Notes: a model not told the origin generated them from the letters alone. A stretch of DNA of 46,966 nt from Chloroflexia bacterium (GCA_038246925.1 JBBRVL010000001.1:1-46966); one strand, 5' to 3'; counted from the stretch's first letter, positions 26,799 through 34,528 are shown. Made by a program: numbers and translations.

Positions 26799-27545
26799 TT
26801 AACCTTCCAGCACCTGTCGAAGGAAAGCGACAACCGTTTCCGCCAGGTCCTCCTCCCGTCCCTCGAAGAAGTGGCCCGTGTTGCGAAGGGTCACAATGGT
26901 GGCAGGCTCAGGTAATCCGGCTACATACTCGGCCAGGAGATCAGGCGGACAGAAGTCGTCTTTTTCGCCTGTGATGAAGAGCTTGGGGTGTGGCCATTGC
27001 CCGTAATCTGAAAGGTCGCGCCATGCAACAGGCAGTCCGATGCAGACAACGGCTCTTATATCTGCCTTGTCGGGGTTTGCTGCCAGGAAGGCAAGTGCGA
27101 TGCGTGCCCCAAACGAGTGCCCAACTATGGCGAGTCGGGAATCGTCTACGCCTTCTTGCATAGCGAGGAACTGTAACGCGGCGCCAACGTCCGCCGTCTC
27201 AGCGGTCCCCTCGGGCGCTACCAGGGTCTTACCTGGCGATTTGGAGACAGCGCCCTCACTCTTTCCAATGCCCCTCGAATTGTAGCGGAGTGTGGCGATG
27301 CCGAGTTCCGCAAGACTGCTCTCAATAGCGAGCATCAACTGCATATCCATGTTGCCACCCGCGGCCGGGTTAGCATGGCAGAGAACAACGCCGGCGTGAA
27401 GCATTCCATCGGATGGGACGGCAAGACGCCCCTCTAGCTCAGGCGCGGATTCTCCGTCGAGAGCGTGTCCAGGGAAAGAAATGAGCCTAGCGTGCGAATG
27501 GCGAGCGCTGCTTTCTTCATGCCCCGGCGAGAATGGATTAGCCAC
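26799..27545 (-). CDS. Alpha/beta hydrolase (COG2945-like)
   Basis: VVLCHANPAAGGNMDMQL...LRYNSRGIGKSEG and the nucleophile elbow IVGHSFGA. The upstream ~100 codons of the tracked ORF overlap rodA out of frame. The GTG at 27545, 9 nt after the rodA stop, is the plausible start. Confidence 0.65.
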   Translation of the reverse strand: MANPFSPGHEESSARHSHARLISFPGHALDGESAPELEGRLAVPSDGMLHAGVVLCHANPAAGGNMDMQLMLAIESSLAELGIATLRYNSRGIGKSEGAVSKSPGKTLVAPEGTAETADVGAALQFLAMQEGVDDSRLAIVGHSFGARIALAFLAANPDKADIRAVVCIGLPVAWRDLSDYGQWPHPKLFITGEKDDFCPPDLLAEYVAGLPEPATIVTLRNTGHFFEGREEDLAETVVAFLRQVLEG

Positions 27546-27553
27546 TGGACGCC

Positions 27554-28723
27554 TTACCTGGGTCTCAGCGTGGTACGTGCCGACTTTGCCCAGCCGTGAC
27601 TCAGCTTTTCGCCGCCGAACATGACAGGGCTTGAGCGTAGCGCCACGCTTTGGACCAGGCCGAGGCCGAGGAGAATGCTCATCAGGGATGAGCCTCCATA
27701 GCTGATGAAGGGTAGCGGTATCCCCGTGACAGGCAGCAACCCGATATTCATGCCGACGTTGATGAATATCTGCATACCTATCCACGTAGCGACGCCGATA
27801 GCCAGGAGGCTGCCGTATGTCTCTTTGGCGCGTGAGGCTACCACCAGGCAACGCCAAACGGCGATGAAAAGCAGCGCGACGAGGATCATTGCGCCTATGA
27901 AACCGAACTCCTCAGCCACCACCGAGAAAATAAAGTCACTATAACCGACCTTGAGGAACTCACCCTGGCTCTGGGTGCCCGCCATGTAGCCCTGCCCGAA
28001 CCACCCTCCCGAGCCGATGGTTATCCGTGCCTGGAGAATATTGTAGCCTTCATTCAGGAGGTCCTTCTCCGGGTCCAGGAAAATAAGGAAGCGTTTCTGC
28101 TGGTAATCATGCATGACATAATTCCAGAAGACGTAAAGGGCAGGAATTGAGAGCAACGCCGTACCGAGGTAAATGCGCCAGTGAACCCCCGCCGCCACAG
28201 TCATGCCCAGGAAAATCGCGCCCAGCATAATCGCGGTCCCGAGGTCGGGCTGCTTGAACACTATTACCGCGGGTATTGCCGTAATTATGGCCGCAAAGAG
28301 GAACCACTTGACTTTATGCAACTCGCGCGCCCGATCTGACAGGACTTTCGCAAGAACGACTATCAGAGTCAGTTTCGCTAGCTCGCTCGGCTGTATCGGG
28401 AAGAGACCCAGGTTTATCCAGCGTTGCGAACCGCCTGCGATTGTGCCTAGCAGCATAACCACTCCGAGAAGGCCCAACGTGCCCAGGTAAAGCGGAAGCG
28501 TGAAACTTTCGAGGAACCGATAATCGATCCGCGAAATTACAAACATCAGCACAATGCCGATTAATCCGTACACTGCCTGACGGATAGTAAAGTCGTTCAG
28601 CCCTGCGCCTTCAAGATGGGCACTCTTCGTTGCGCTGTATACCATGATAATGCCGACCGCAGTAGCGGCCAGCGTACTTAGCACCAGGGCGAAATCTAAA
28701 TTGTGCAGGCTTCCTGCGCGCAA
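27554..28723 (-). CDS. rodA: SEDS-family peptidoglycan glycosyltransferase (RodA/FtsW)
   Basis: About 10 TM segments, QPSELAKL, and LPVTGIPLPFISYGGSS near the C-terminus. Assignment as RodA versus FtsW is uncertain. Confidence 0.75.
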   Translation of the reverse strand: MRAGSLHNLDFALVLSTLAATAVGIIMVYSATKSAHLEGAGLNDFTIRQAVYGLIGIVLMFVISRIDYRFLESFTLPLYLGTLGLLGVVMLLGTIAGGSQRWINLGLFPIQPSELAKLTLIVVLAKVLSDRARELHKVKWFLFAAIITAIPAVIVFKQPDLGTAIMLGAIFLGMTVAAGVHWRIYLGTALLSIPALYVFWNYVMHDYQQKRFLIFLDPEKDLLNEGYNILQARITIGSGGWFGQGYMAGTQSQGEFLKVGYSDFIFSVVAEEFGFIGAMILVALLFIAVWRCLVVASRAKETYGSLLAIGVATWIGMQIFINVGMNIGLLPVTGIPLPFISYGGSSLMSILLGLGLVQSVALRSSPVMFGGEKLSHGWAKSARTTLRPR

Positions 28724-28818
28724 TCTTTACAAACTCCTTTAGCGTACGAGTCTCGGAAACTATCATAACATAATTTAACATCGTCAAGCCACTGCCATTA
28801 AGTCCCATGGTATAAGTA

Positions 28819-28989
28819 GTTCACCGAGTTCACCGCAGAGGCGCAGAGACGCAGAGTGTTTTATAAGGGGTTGTGTGTATCTACCAGGGGTTAGGGGTTA
28901 GGGGTTAGGGACGATAACGAGATAACGACCAACCATATTAATCTCTGCGCTCTCTGCGTCTCTGCGGTGAACTCGGTGAACTCGGTGAA
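28819..28989. repeat. Composite palindromic intergenic element built from short tandem repeats (non-coding, MITE/REP-like)
   Basis: Left arm 28819-28856 is (GTTCACCGA)x2 plus (GCAGAGnC)x3. Right arm 28943-28989 is its imperfect reverse complement with one extra 9-mer. The 86-nt loop holds GGGGTTA x3.4 and GATAACGA x2. Confidence 0.85.
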
Positions 28990-29034
28990 TTTATCTCAAC
29001 CTCAACTCTGAACTCTTACCTTTCTGCCGCCCTA

Positions 29035-29063
29035 TTGACACCTATGACCCAAGACACTATAAT
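29035..29063 (+). promoter_or_regulatory. Consensus sigma-70-type promoter (TTGACA-17 nt-TATAAT) upstream of the darA-like gene
   Basis: ttgaca at 29035-29040 and tataat at 29058-29063 with a 17-nt spacer. It lies 25 nt before the ATG at 29088. Confidence 0.7.
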
Positions 29064-29087
29064 CACGCCACTGGGGGTGCGCATAAG

Positions 29088-29393
29088 ATGAAGCTGATAC
29101 TGGCGGTCGTGTCGAACCAATCCGCCGAGGGGATAACCGACGGTTTGCTGGCGGCAGGGTTCCGCGCCACAAGGCTTGCATCTACCGGCGGGTTCCGACG
29201 CGAGGGCAATACCACTGTCATGGTCGGTGTTGACGACGAGGATGTTGATCCGGTCCTTGCGATCCTGAAGAGCGGTGTGCAGACAGCAGCTTCAAGAAAA
29301 GCTGCGGTTGCGGCCGCCGCTCAGGGCCTCCCTCCTCCTACCGGACGGGGGGCCGTCTTTGTTCTACCACTTGAAGGCTATATTCGCCTTTAA
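29088..29393 (+). CDS. darA: Cyclic-di-AMP receptor, PII-like (DUF970; DarA/YaaQ family)
   Basis: MKLILAVVSNQSAEGITDGLLAAGFRATRLASTGGFRREGNTTVMVGV closely follows the YaaQ/DarA pattern, with an extra Ala-rich C-terminal stretch. Confidence 0.75.
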   Translation: MKLILAVVSNQSAEGITDGLLAAGFRATRLASTGGFRREGNTTVMVGVDDEDVDPVLAILKSGVQTAASRKAAVAAAAQGLPPPTGRGAVFVLPLEGYIRL

Positions 29394-29441
29394 GCACACG
29401 TCCCGGCGCGGGCCGGTCCTCCATATCTTCCCTGCCCAGCC

Positions 29442-31019
29442 ATGACCCAACAGCTACTACCAGAGTTACACACGCCCATAACTTTCAATGATATGGCCTA
29501 TGGCGGTGATGCTGTTGGTCGCGACCCCGAGACCGGGGTGACTGTATTCGCCTGGCCCGCGATTGAGGGCGAGGTAGCACGAGTCGAAGCGAAGTCGTCC
29601 CGTCACAATCTGGTTCGGGGTATCGTTAGCGAGCTAATCGAGCCAGCAACTTCGCGCACGATGCCACCCTGCCCATACTTTGGGACCTGTGGCGGCTGCC
29701 AGTGGCAGCATATTGCCTACGACGCTCAATTAGGCTTCAAAAACAAGATCCTGCGATCTCAACTTGAGAGGATTGGCGGTGTGGAAGGTAGCGACGCTTT
29801 ACTGCTCCCGCCTATTGCCTCACCCCGCGAGTTTCATTACCGCAATAGTTCTCATTTTGCAATAGACGCAGGCGCTAGAAAGCTGGCCTATTTCCGACGG
29901 GACACTCATTCAGTAGTCCCTATAGAATTGTGTCCAATCTCGAACAACGGCATAAACCAGGCTATCCCAGCGCTGAATTCCATACTAGAGTTAGGGATTT
30001 TGCCTGAGGAAGTAGGGAGCGACATCCGAGGTTTGATGCCTCTGTGGAAAGTGGCTGTCCGTTCCAGCGATGTCACAGGACAGACGGTGGCGATCTTTTT
30101 CAGCCGCTCCGCTGCAAGGGCTGTGAGTGGACGACCCGACAGGCGTGACCGAAGGCGACATAGCCCGCGTGCCACGCGCCCTGAGAACGGCCCGGTTACG
30201 GATATAGATCAGGGTTCAAGCCCAATGCTCTTGTTGTCGCGTAGAGAGGTTCGCAGGGCCATAAGCGCGCTTCGTGTCGGAGATGATCCACTTGCTCTTA
30301 CCGCCATTGAAGTAATGGAAGATGGGACCGTCAACATGCTCGGTGAGACCCGCTCGGCAGCCTCTGGTGTTGCGGACGCTCACGCGGAAGCTGTAACAGG
30401 ATCGCTACTTGGAGGGAAACGACGCGACGCGGAGCTTATCGGAAGCCCGCCGCTTGGTTCCTGGGTTGAGAGGCTGGGTTCTACGAACTATTGGGTCCCA
30501 CCGCAGGCATTTTTCCAGGTAAATAGTGAGGGTGCTGAGCTGATGTTGGCCGAGGTGATGCAAAGTTTACCTCCACGCCCAAACCTGGTTGTAGACGCAC
30601 ACGCAGGCGTCGGCACCTTCGCCATCCCGATAGCCGGGCGAGCAGGTAGAGTCATAGCCTTCGAGACGGAGGCCGAGGCAGTTGCGGGAGCAAGATGGAC
30701 GGCCCGTGCCTACAATATAACCAACCTTGAAATACGTCAAGGGCGTGCCGAGGAACTCTTCACCACCCTTAAGGAGGATGACCATCCCGATGCTGTGGTG
30801 CTTGACCCGCCCCGCGCAGGGTGTCATCCCTCGCTATTGATGGGAATTGCCCGCAAGCGCACGCCTCGGATCGTCTACGTCTCATGCGATCCGAGCACGC
30901 TGGCCCGCGACATAAAGCTCCTCTCGCAAGACTACTCCCTGACCTCGGCGCGTGTCATCGACATGTTCCCTCAGACCTATCATATCGAGACCATAGCCGT
31001 GCTTGACCTGAAGTCCTGA
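29442..31019 (+). CDS. rlmD: 23S rRNA (uracil-C5)-methyltransferase, RumA/RlmD family, with a large internal insertion
   Basis: TRAM-like N-terminus. Fe-S cluster cysteines CPYFGTCGGCQWQH. Methyltransferase motifs VVDAHAGVGTF, VLDPPRAGC and IVYVSCDPSTLARD. The exact target nucleotide cannot be called. Confidence 0.75.
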   Translation: MTQQLLPELHTPITFNDMAYGGDAVGRDPETGVTVFAWPAIEGEVARVEAKSSRHNLVRGIVSELIEPATSRTMPPCPYFGTCGGCQWQHIAYDAQLGFKNKILRSQLERIGGVEGSDALLLPPIASPREFHYRNSSHFAIDAGARKLAYFRRDTHSVVPIELCPISNNGINQAIPALNSILELGILPEEVGSDIRGLMPLWKVAVRSSDVTGQTVAIFFSRSAARAVSGRPDRRDRRRHSPRATRPENGPVTDIDQGSSPMLLLSRREVRRAISALRVGDDPLALTAIEVMEDGTVNMLGETRSAASGVADAHAEAVTGSLLGGKRRDAELIGSPPLGSWVERLGSTNYWVPPQAFFQVNSEGAELMLAEVMQSLPPRPNLVVDAHAGVGTFAIPIAGRAGRVIAFETEAEAVAGARWTARAYNITNLEIRQGRAEELFTTLKEDDHPDAVVLDPPRAGCHPSLLMGIARKRTPRIVYVSCDPSTLARDIKLLSQDYSLTSARVIDMFPQTYHIETIAVLDLKS

Positions 31020-31095
31020 GCCGTCAGAATTCGGCTTGCAAGTCGTTCTCCAGGCGATGTGAGCGTAAGGGTTGAGAATTGTGGCGCTATAGCCG

Positions 31096-31235
31096 GTAAT
31101 TCACCGCAGAGACGCAGAGGCGCGGAGATCAATGTGGTTGGTCGTTCGTGGTTGCTGGTCTGAGATCATGCCGGGTGAATGAGCACAAACCCCTATATAA
31201 TATCTCTGCGCCTCCGCGCCTCTGCGGTGAATTAC
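31096..31235. repeat. Second copy of the palindromic intergenic element family seen at 28819-28989
   Basis: The arms at 31096-31129 and 31202-31235 share TTCACCGCAGAG(A/G)CGCAGAG modules with the first element. The loop ends match the reverse complement of the loop ends of the first element. Confidence 0.85.
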
Positions 31236-31280
31236 TTCCCACCTCAAGTCTGAACACTTACATGGCACGGCGGCGATGCT

Positions 31281-31309
31281 TTGTCAAAGCGGCAGGGGTA
31301 TGGTATAAT
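31281..31309 (+). promoter_or_regulatory. Sigma-70-type promoter (TTGTCA-17 nt-TATAAT) for rpsF-ssb-rpsR
   Basis: ttgtca at 31281-31286 and tataat at 31304-31309 with a 17-nt spacer. It predicts a leader of about 135-140 nt. Confidence 0.65.
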
Positions 31310-31398
31310 CGCTGATAGTGCGGGTCGATACTCAAGATTAGATAGGTAAACCTCACCCGCGGTTTTTACCTTTCTGCTACGCGACGGAGACGGGCGAT

Positions 31399-31448
31399 CA
31401 CACCTCCCGGCTCGAAAGCGCGCAGCAATCCCATGGGAAGGAGGTGTG
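31399..31448 (+). promoter_or_regulatory. Anti-Shine-Dalgarno hairpin in the rpsF 5' leader (candidate S6:S18 autoregulatory leader)
   Basis: cacacctcc (31399-31407) is exactly complementary to ggaggtgtg (31440-31448), which contains the rpsF Shine-Dalgarno sequence. Confidence 0.45.
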
Positions 31449-31452
31449 TGAT

Positions 31453-31746
31453 ATGGCTATGCGTGACTATGAGCTGATGTATATTCTCCGGCCTACTGTC
31501 GGTGATGAGCAGCTTGACGCAGCGACCGGGAACGTTGATACCCTCATCAGCAATCTCGGCGGCGAGGTTGGCGATAAGAACCCCTGGGGCAAGCGCAGGC
31601 TCGCTTATCCGATCCAGAAACATGAAGACGGCTACTATATGGTTGCGAAGATAAAGCTCGAACCAGACCAGATAAAGGCCCTGGAAGAGCAGCTTCGCAT
31701 TACCGAAGATGTGATTCGCCACATGATTATCGTGCCGGAAGCCTAG
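31453..31746 (+). CDS. rpsF: 30S ribosomal protein S6
   Basis: MAMRDYELMYILRP...WGKRRLAYPI. The ATG at 31453 lies 8 nt after GGAGG. The tracked GTG at 31444 sits inside the Shine-Dalgarno sequence. Confidence 0.9.
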   Translation: MAMRDYELMYILRPTVGDEQLDAATGNVDTLISNLGGEVGDKNPWGKRRLAYPIQKHEDGYYMVAKIKLEPDQIKALEEQLRITEDVIRHMIIVPEA

Positions 31747-31809
31747 CGCTGTCTGGCGATTTGGCGACCTGAGTTTTTAGAGCTAAGTAGAGGAAAGTGG
31801 AGGCCGAAA

Positions 31810-32277
31810 ATGGCACGCGGACTGAATAAGGTAATGATCATCGGCAACCTGGGCAAAGACCCGGAGATGAAATACACCCAGCAGGGGAAGCCCGTTACTA
31901 CCTTCTCGGTGGCTGTCAGCCGTACCTGGAAGGATCCTGAGGGCCAGATGAAGGAAGAGACTGAGTGGTTCCGTGTCGTGGCATGGGAGAAGCTTGCCGA
32001 ACTTTGCAACGAATATCTGCGTAAGGGGAGCAAAGTCTATATCGAGGGGCGTCTGAAGACGCGTGAATACCAGGCCCAGGATGGCCAGACGCGCTATATG
32101 ACCGAGGTAGTGGCCTTCGACATGCAAACTCTGGACAGCCGTCAGCAAGGTGGCTCGTCAAGTGGCTACGACGACAGGCAAGCAGCGCCTTCTCGCTCCG
32201 GCGGGGGAGGCAGCTCCGCAGGCTCGAACAGCATTGATGACGACTCCGATATGGATGCCGACGACATTCCGTTCTAG
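31810..32277 (+). CDS. ssb: Single-stranded DNA-binding protein
   Basis: LNKVMIIGNLGKDPEMKYT OB-fold N-terminus, Gly/Ser-rich linker and acidic tip DDIPF. Confidence 0.92.
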   Translation: MARGLNKVMIIGNLGKDPEMKYTQQGKPVTTFSVAVSRTWKDPEGQMKEETEWFRVVAWEKLAELCNEYLRKGSKVYIEGRLKTREYQAQDGQTRYMTEVVAFDMQTLDSRQQGGSSSGYDDRQAAPSRSGGGGSSAGSNSIDDDSDMDADDIPF

Positions 32278-32320
32278 CACTCGACATATTTGGTTATATT
32301 ATCCAAAGAAGGAAAGGTAA

Positions 32321-32860
32321 ATGGCAGATCAGACAGAAAATATGAATAACGAGGTCGAGCAGCCCGCAATGACGGGAGGCTCATCTACTCAATCTCCCGG
32401 GCAGCCGATGGGCGGACCAGGTGAAGGTGGACAACAGGCTCCTGGCGGCGGTGGCTATCGCGGCCCAGGTGGTGGCGGAATGGGACCTCGCCCCGGTGGT
32501 GGAGGCGGCGGCTATCGCGGCCCAGGTGGTGGCGGAAGTGGAGGCGGAGGCGGTTTCCGTAACGGTGGCGGCGGAGCTGGTGGAGCAGGTGGCGCCAGAG
32601 GTGGACCTGGCGGCAGGCCGCGCGGCCGGGGTGATCGCTTTGTACCTCGCCGACGAGTCTGCGGCTTCTGCGTGGACAAAGTCGAGCATGTTGATTACAA
32701 GGATGTTGCACGCCTGCGCAAATACCTGTCTGAGCGTGCCAAGATTGAGCCGCGACGAAAAACCGGCACATGCGCTCGGCACCAACGCGCCCTGAGCGTG
32801 GCTTTGAAGCGTGCCCGTCACATGGCGCTGCTTCCCTATATTGGCCCCCACTCTCGCTAG
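32321..32860 (+). CDS. rpsR: 30S ribosomal protein S18 with a roughly 100-aa Gly/Arg-rich N-terminal extension
   Basis: The C-terminal 75 aa ([64 protein letters not shown]) form a canonical S18. No in-frame ATG/GTG/TTG exists close to the core. Confidence 0.85.
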   Translation: MADQTENMNNEVEQPAMTGGSSTQSPGQPMGGPGEGGQQAPGGGGYRGPGGGGMGPRPGGGGGGYRGPGGGGSGGGGGFRNGGGGAGGAGGARGGPGGRPRGRGDRFVPRRRVCGFCVDKVEHVDYKDVARLRKYLSERAKIEPRRKTGTCARHQRALSVALKRARHMALLPYIGPHSR

Positions 32861-32942
32861 AAGGAGTCATAGTGTGAACAGGGCTTCCCGGCCCGCGCTT
32901 GTGCGGTCTTGAGGCTGGCTCTTCCTTTCACGCGTCCCGATT

Positions 32943-34415
32943 ATGGCAAAGAAGAAGAAAGTCGAATCGAAAGCACCTGTGCCGTTGACACGCGGGCAGC
33001 TTTCGCGTGCCCGCCAGGAACAAAAGCGGATCAGGAACCTGTACACAGCAGCAGCTGCCATAGGTACCCTGGTAGTGCTCCTATTCGGTCTGGCGGCTGT
33101 GAGTACCTTCGTGTTGCGCCCGAACCAGGAAGTGGCCCGCGTAAATGGGAAAGTCATAAACAGGGCTATCTACGATAAGCTGCGCCGCTGGAGCATCTTC
33201 CAGACCATGCAAAACCAGGCGATCCAGGAGCAGTTCGGCCAGGCTGGTGGAACGGGTACAATGGAGGCTCTTCAGCTACAGCTTAGGAACGTCGAAGAAG
33301 AGACCACGCTTGACCCTGAGATCGTGGGGACCCTTGTCGATGCGGAAGTGCTTCGCCAGCAGTCTGCCTCGGAGTTCCAGATTAACCCCACACGGGACGA
33401 ACTGAAAGCTGCCGCGGTAAAGGATTTCATACCGGAACCGACGCCCCCACCGACAGCTTCTCCCACTATTGATCTGACCCCGACCATCACGGAAACCGAG
33501 GCGATTACCCCAACGGCTACATCTTCCACGACGGCAGGGTCCCCTACAACTACTCCTACTATTACACCAACCCTCCCGCCCGTGGCTGGCGCACAGCAAA
33601 CGGCTGAGACGGTTTATCAACGATATGTTACCTCCCTTGACCAGTCTACCGGCGTGCATCCTAACGACGCATTCTGTGGTGCAGGATGCCCGGACCTATC
33701 TGAAGAGGATTATCTCACTTTGCTTATGGACCCTCGGGTCAGAAGAGACAAGGTGATCGAGAAGCTGTCAGCGACATCGGTGATGACTGAGGTAGAGCAG
33801 GTCAACGCACAGCATATACTCACTGACACAGAAGAGGGGGCGAAAACCCTGATTACTCGGCTCGACAAGGGGGAAGACTTCACCCTTATCGCGAATACCC
33901 AGTCTTCCGAGCAACTGACGAACCAGCAGAACGGCCAGACCCCGACGGGTGGGGTCCTCGGCTGGTTCCCGAAAGAAGGTTCCAGCTTCGACCAGACGTT
34001 TGTAGATGCCGCTTTCCTTGTAGAGACCGGCAAATACAGCCAGCCCGTCAAGACCCAGTTCGGTTGGCACATCATCAAAGTGCTAGAGCGCGACCCCAAG
34101 CGACCACTCGACGCAACCCAGATCGAAGCTAAGAAGAACAAGGTCTATGACGATTGGTTCACGAAGGCCAAGGCGGCGGCGGACATCGTGCCGAGGCCAA
34201 CCGCAACGGCTGTCATACCGACCCAGCCAGCTATAATCGAGCCGACCGCAGTTCCTGGGACGGTTTCTGCGAGTGATGCCGCCGTGTCTCCAACTGTACT
34301 ACTAACACCGTCGGTGGCATCCACGCCTGCGGCTGGCAGCTCACCAACAACCAGCCTTACTGCTCAACCGGCTTCATCTCCCGCGAGTTCGCCTACTGGG
34401 ACTAAAGCTCCATAA
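32943..34415 (+). CDS. Membrane-anchored parvulin-type peptidyl-prolyl isomerase (PrsA/SurA-like)
   Basis: N-terminal TM segment LYTAAAAIGTLVVLLFGLAAV. PpiC domain VNAQHILT...GGVLGWFPKEG...QFGWHIIKVLER. Thr/Pro-rich linkers. Confidence 0.8.
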   Translation: MAKKKKVESKAPVPLTRGQLSRARQEQKRIRNLYTAAAAIGTLVVLLFGLAAVSTFVLRPNQEVARVNGKVINRAIYDKLRRWSIFQTMQNQAIQEQFGQAGGTGTMEALQLQLRNVEEETTLDPEIVGTLVDAEVLRQQSASEFQINPTRDELKAAAVKDFIPEPTPPPTASPTIDLTPTITETEAITPTATSSTTAGSPTTTPTITPTLPPVAGAQQTAETVYQRYVTSLDQSTGVHPNDAFCGAGCPDLSEEDYLTLLMDPRVRRDKVIEKLSATSVMTEVEQVNAQHILTDTEEGAKTLITRLDKGEDFTLIANTQSSEQLTNQQNGQTPTGGVLGWFPKEGSSFDQTFVDAAFLVETGKYSQPVKTQFGWHIIKVLERDPKRPLDATQIEAKKNKVYDDWFTKAKAAADIVPRPTATAVIPTQPAIIEPTAVPGTVSASDAAVSPTVLLTPSVASTPAAGSSPTTSLTAQPASSPASSPTGTKAP

Positions 34416-34435
34416 AAGTAATCAACAGCAAATCA

Positions 34436-34465
34436 AAAAGGCGTACGCAGATGTGCGCCTTTTTG
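34436..34465 (+). terminator. Rho-independent terminator after the PPIase gene
   Basis: AAAAA-GGCGTAC-gcagat-GTGCGCC-TTTTT: a 7-bp stem containing one G-U pair. Confidence 0.7.
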
Positions 34466-34499
34466 ATCCAATAAGTAGCTCCAAAAGTTTGTGAAAAAC

Positions 34500-34528
34500 T
34501 TGACAATCTCATTGCCTCTTGTTATAAT
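34500..34528 (+). promoter_or_regulatory. Consensus promoter P1 of the ATP synthase operon (TTGACA-17 nt-TATAAT with a TG extension)
   Basis: ttgaca at 34500-34505 and tataat at 34523-34528. The spacer is 17 nt and ends in tgt. Confidence 0.7.

Noticed and set aside
27546-27857. N-terminal ~100 codons of the tracked ORF 26799..27857
   Set aside because: This part overlaps the 3' end of rodA in another frame and translates to Arg/Pro-rich nonsense. The hydrolase homology starts only after the GTG at 27545.
28887-28910. GGGGTTA repeats as a telomere of a linear replicon
   Set aside because: The tract is internal, has only about 3.4 units, and is embedded in a palindromic element between two ordinary chromosomal genes.
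28819-31261. Palindromic elements as autonomous insertion sequences, or the 28.8-31.3 kb segment as a composite transposon carrying darA and rlmD
   Set aside because: No transposase or integrase ORF lies in or between the elements, and I could not identify target-site duplications. The enclosed genes are ordinary housekeeping genes with their own promoter.
32381-32870. Antisense and alternative-frame ORFs across the Gly-rich part of rpsR
   Set aside because: They are artefacts of the GGC/GGT repeat region, which stays open in several frames. Only the + frame continues into a canonical S18 core.
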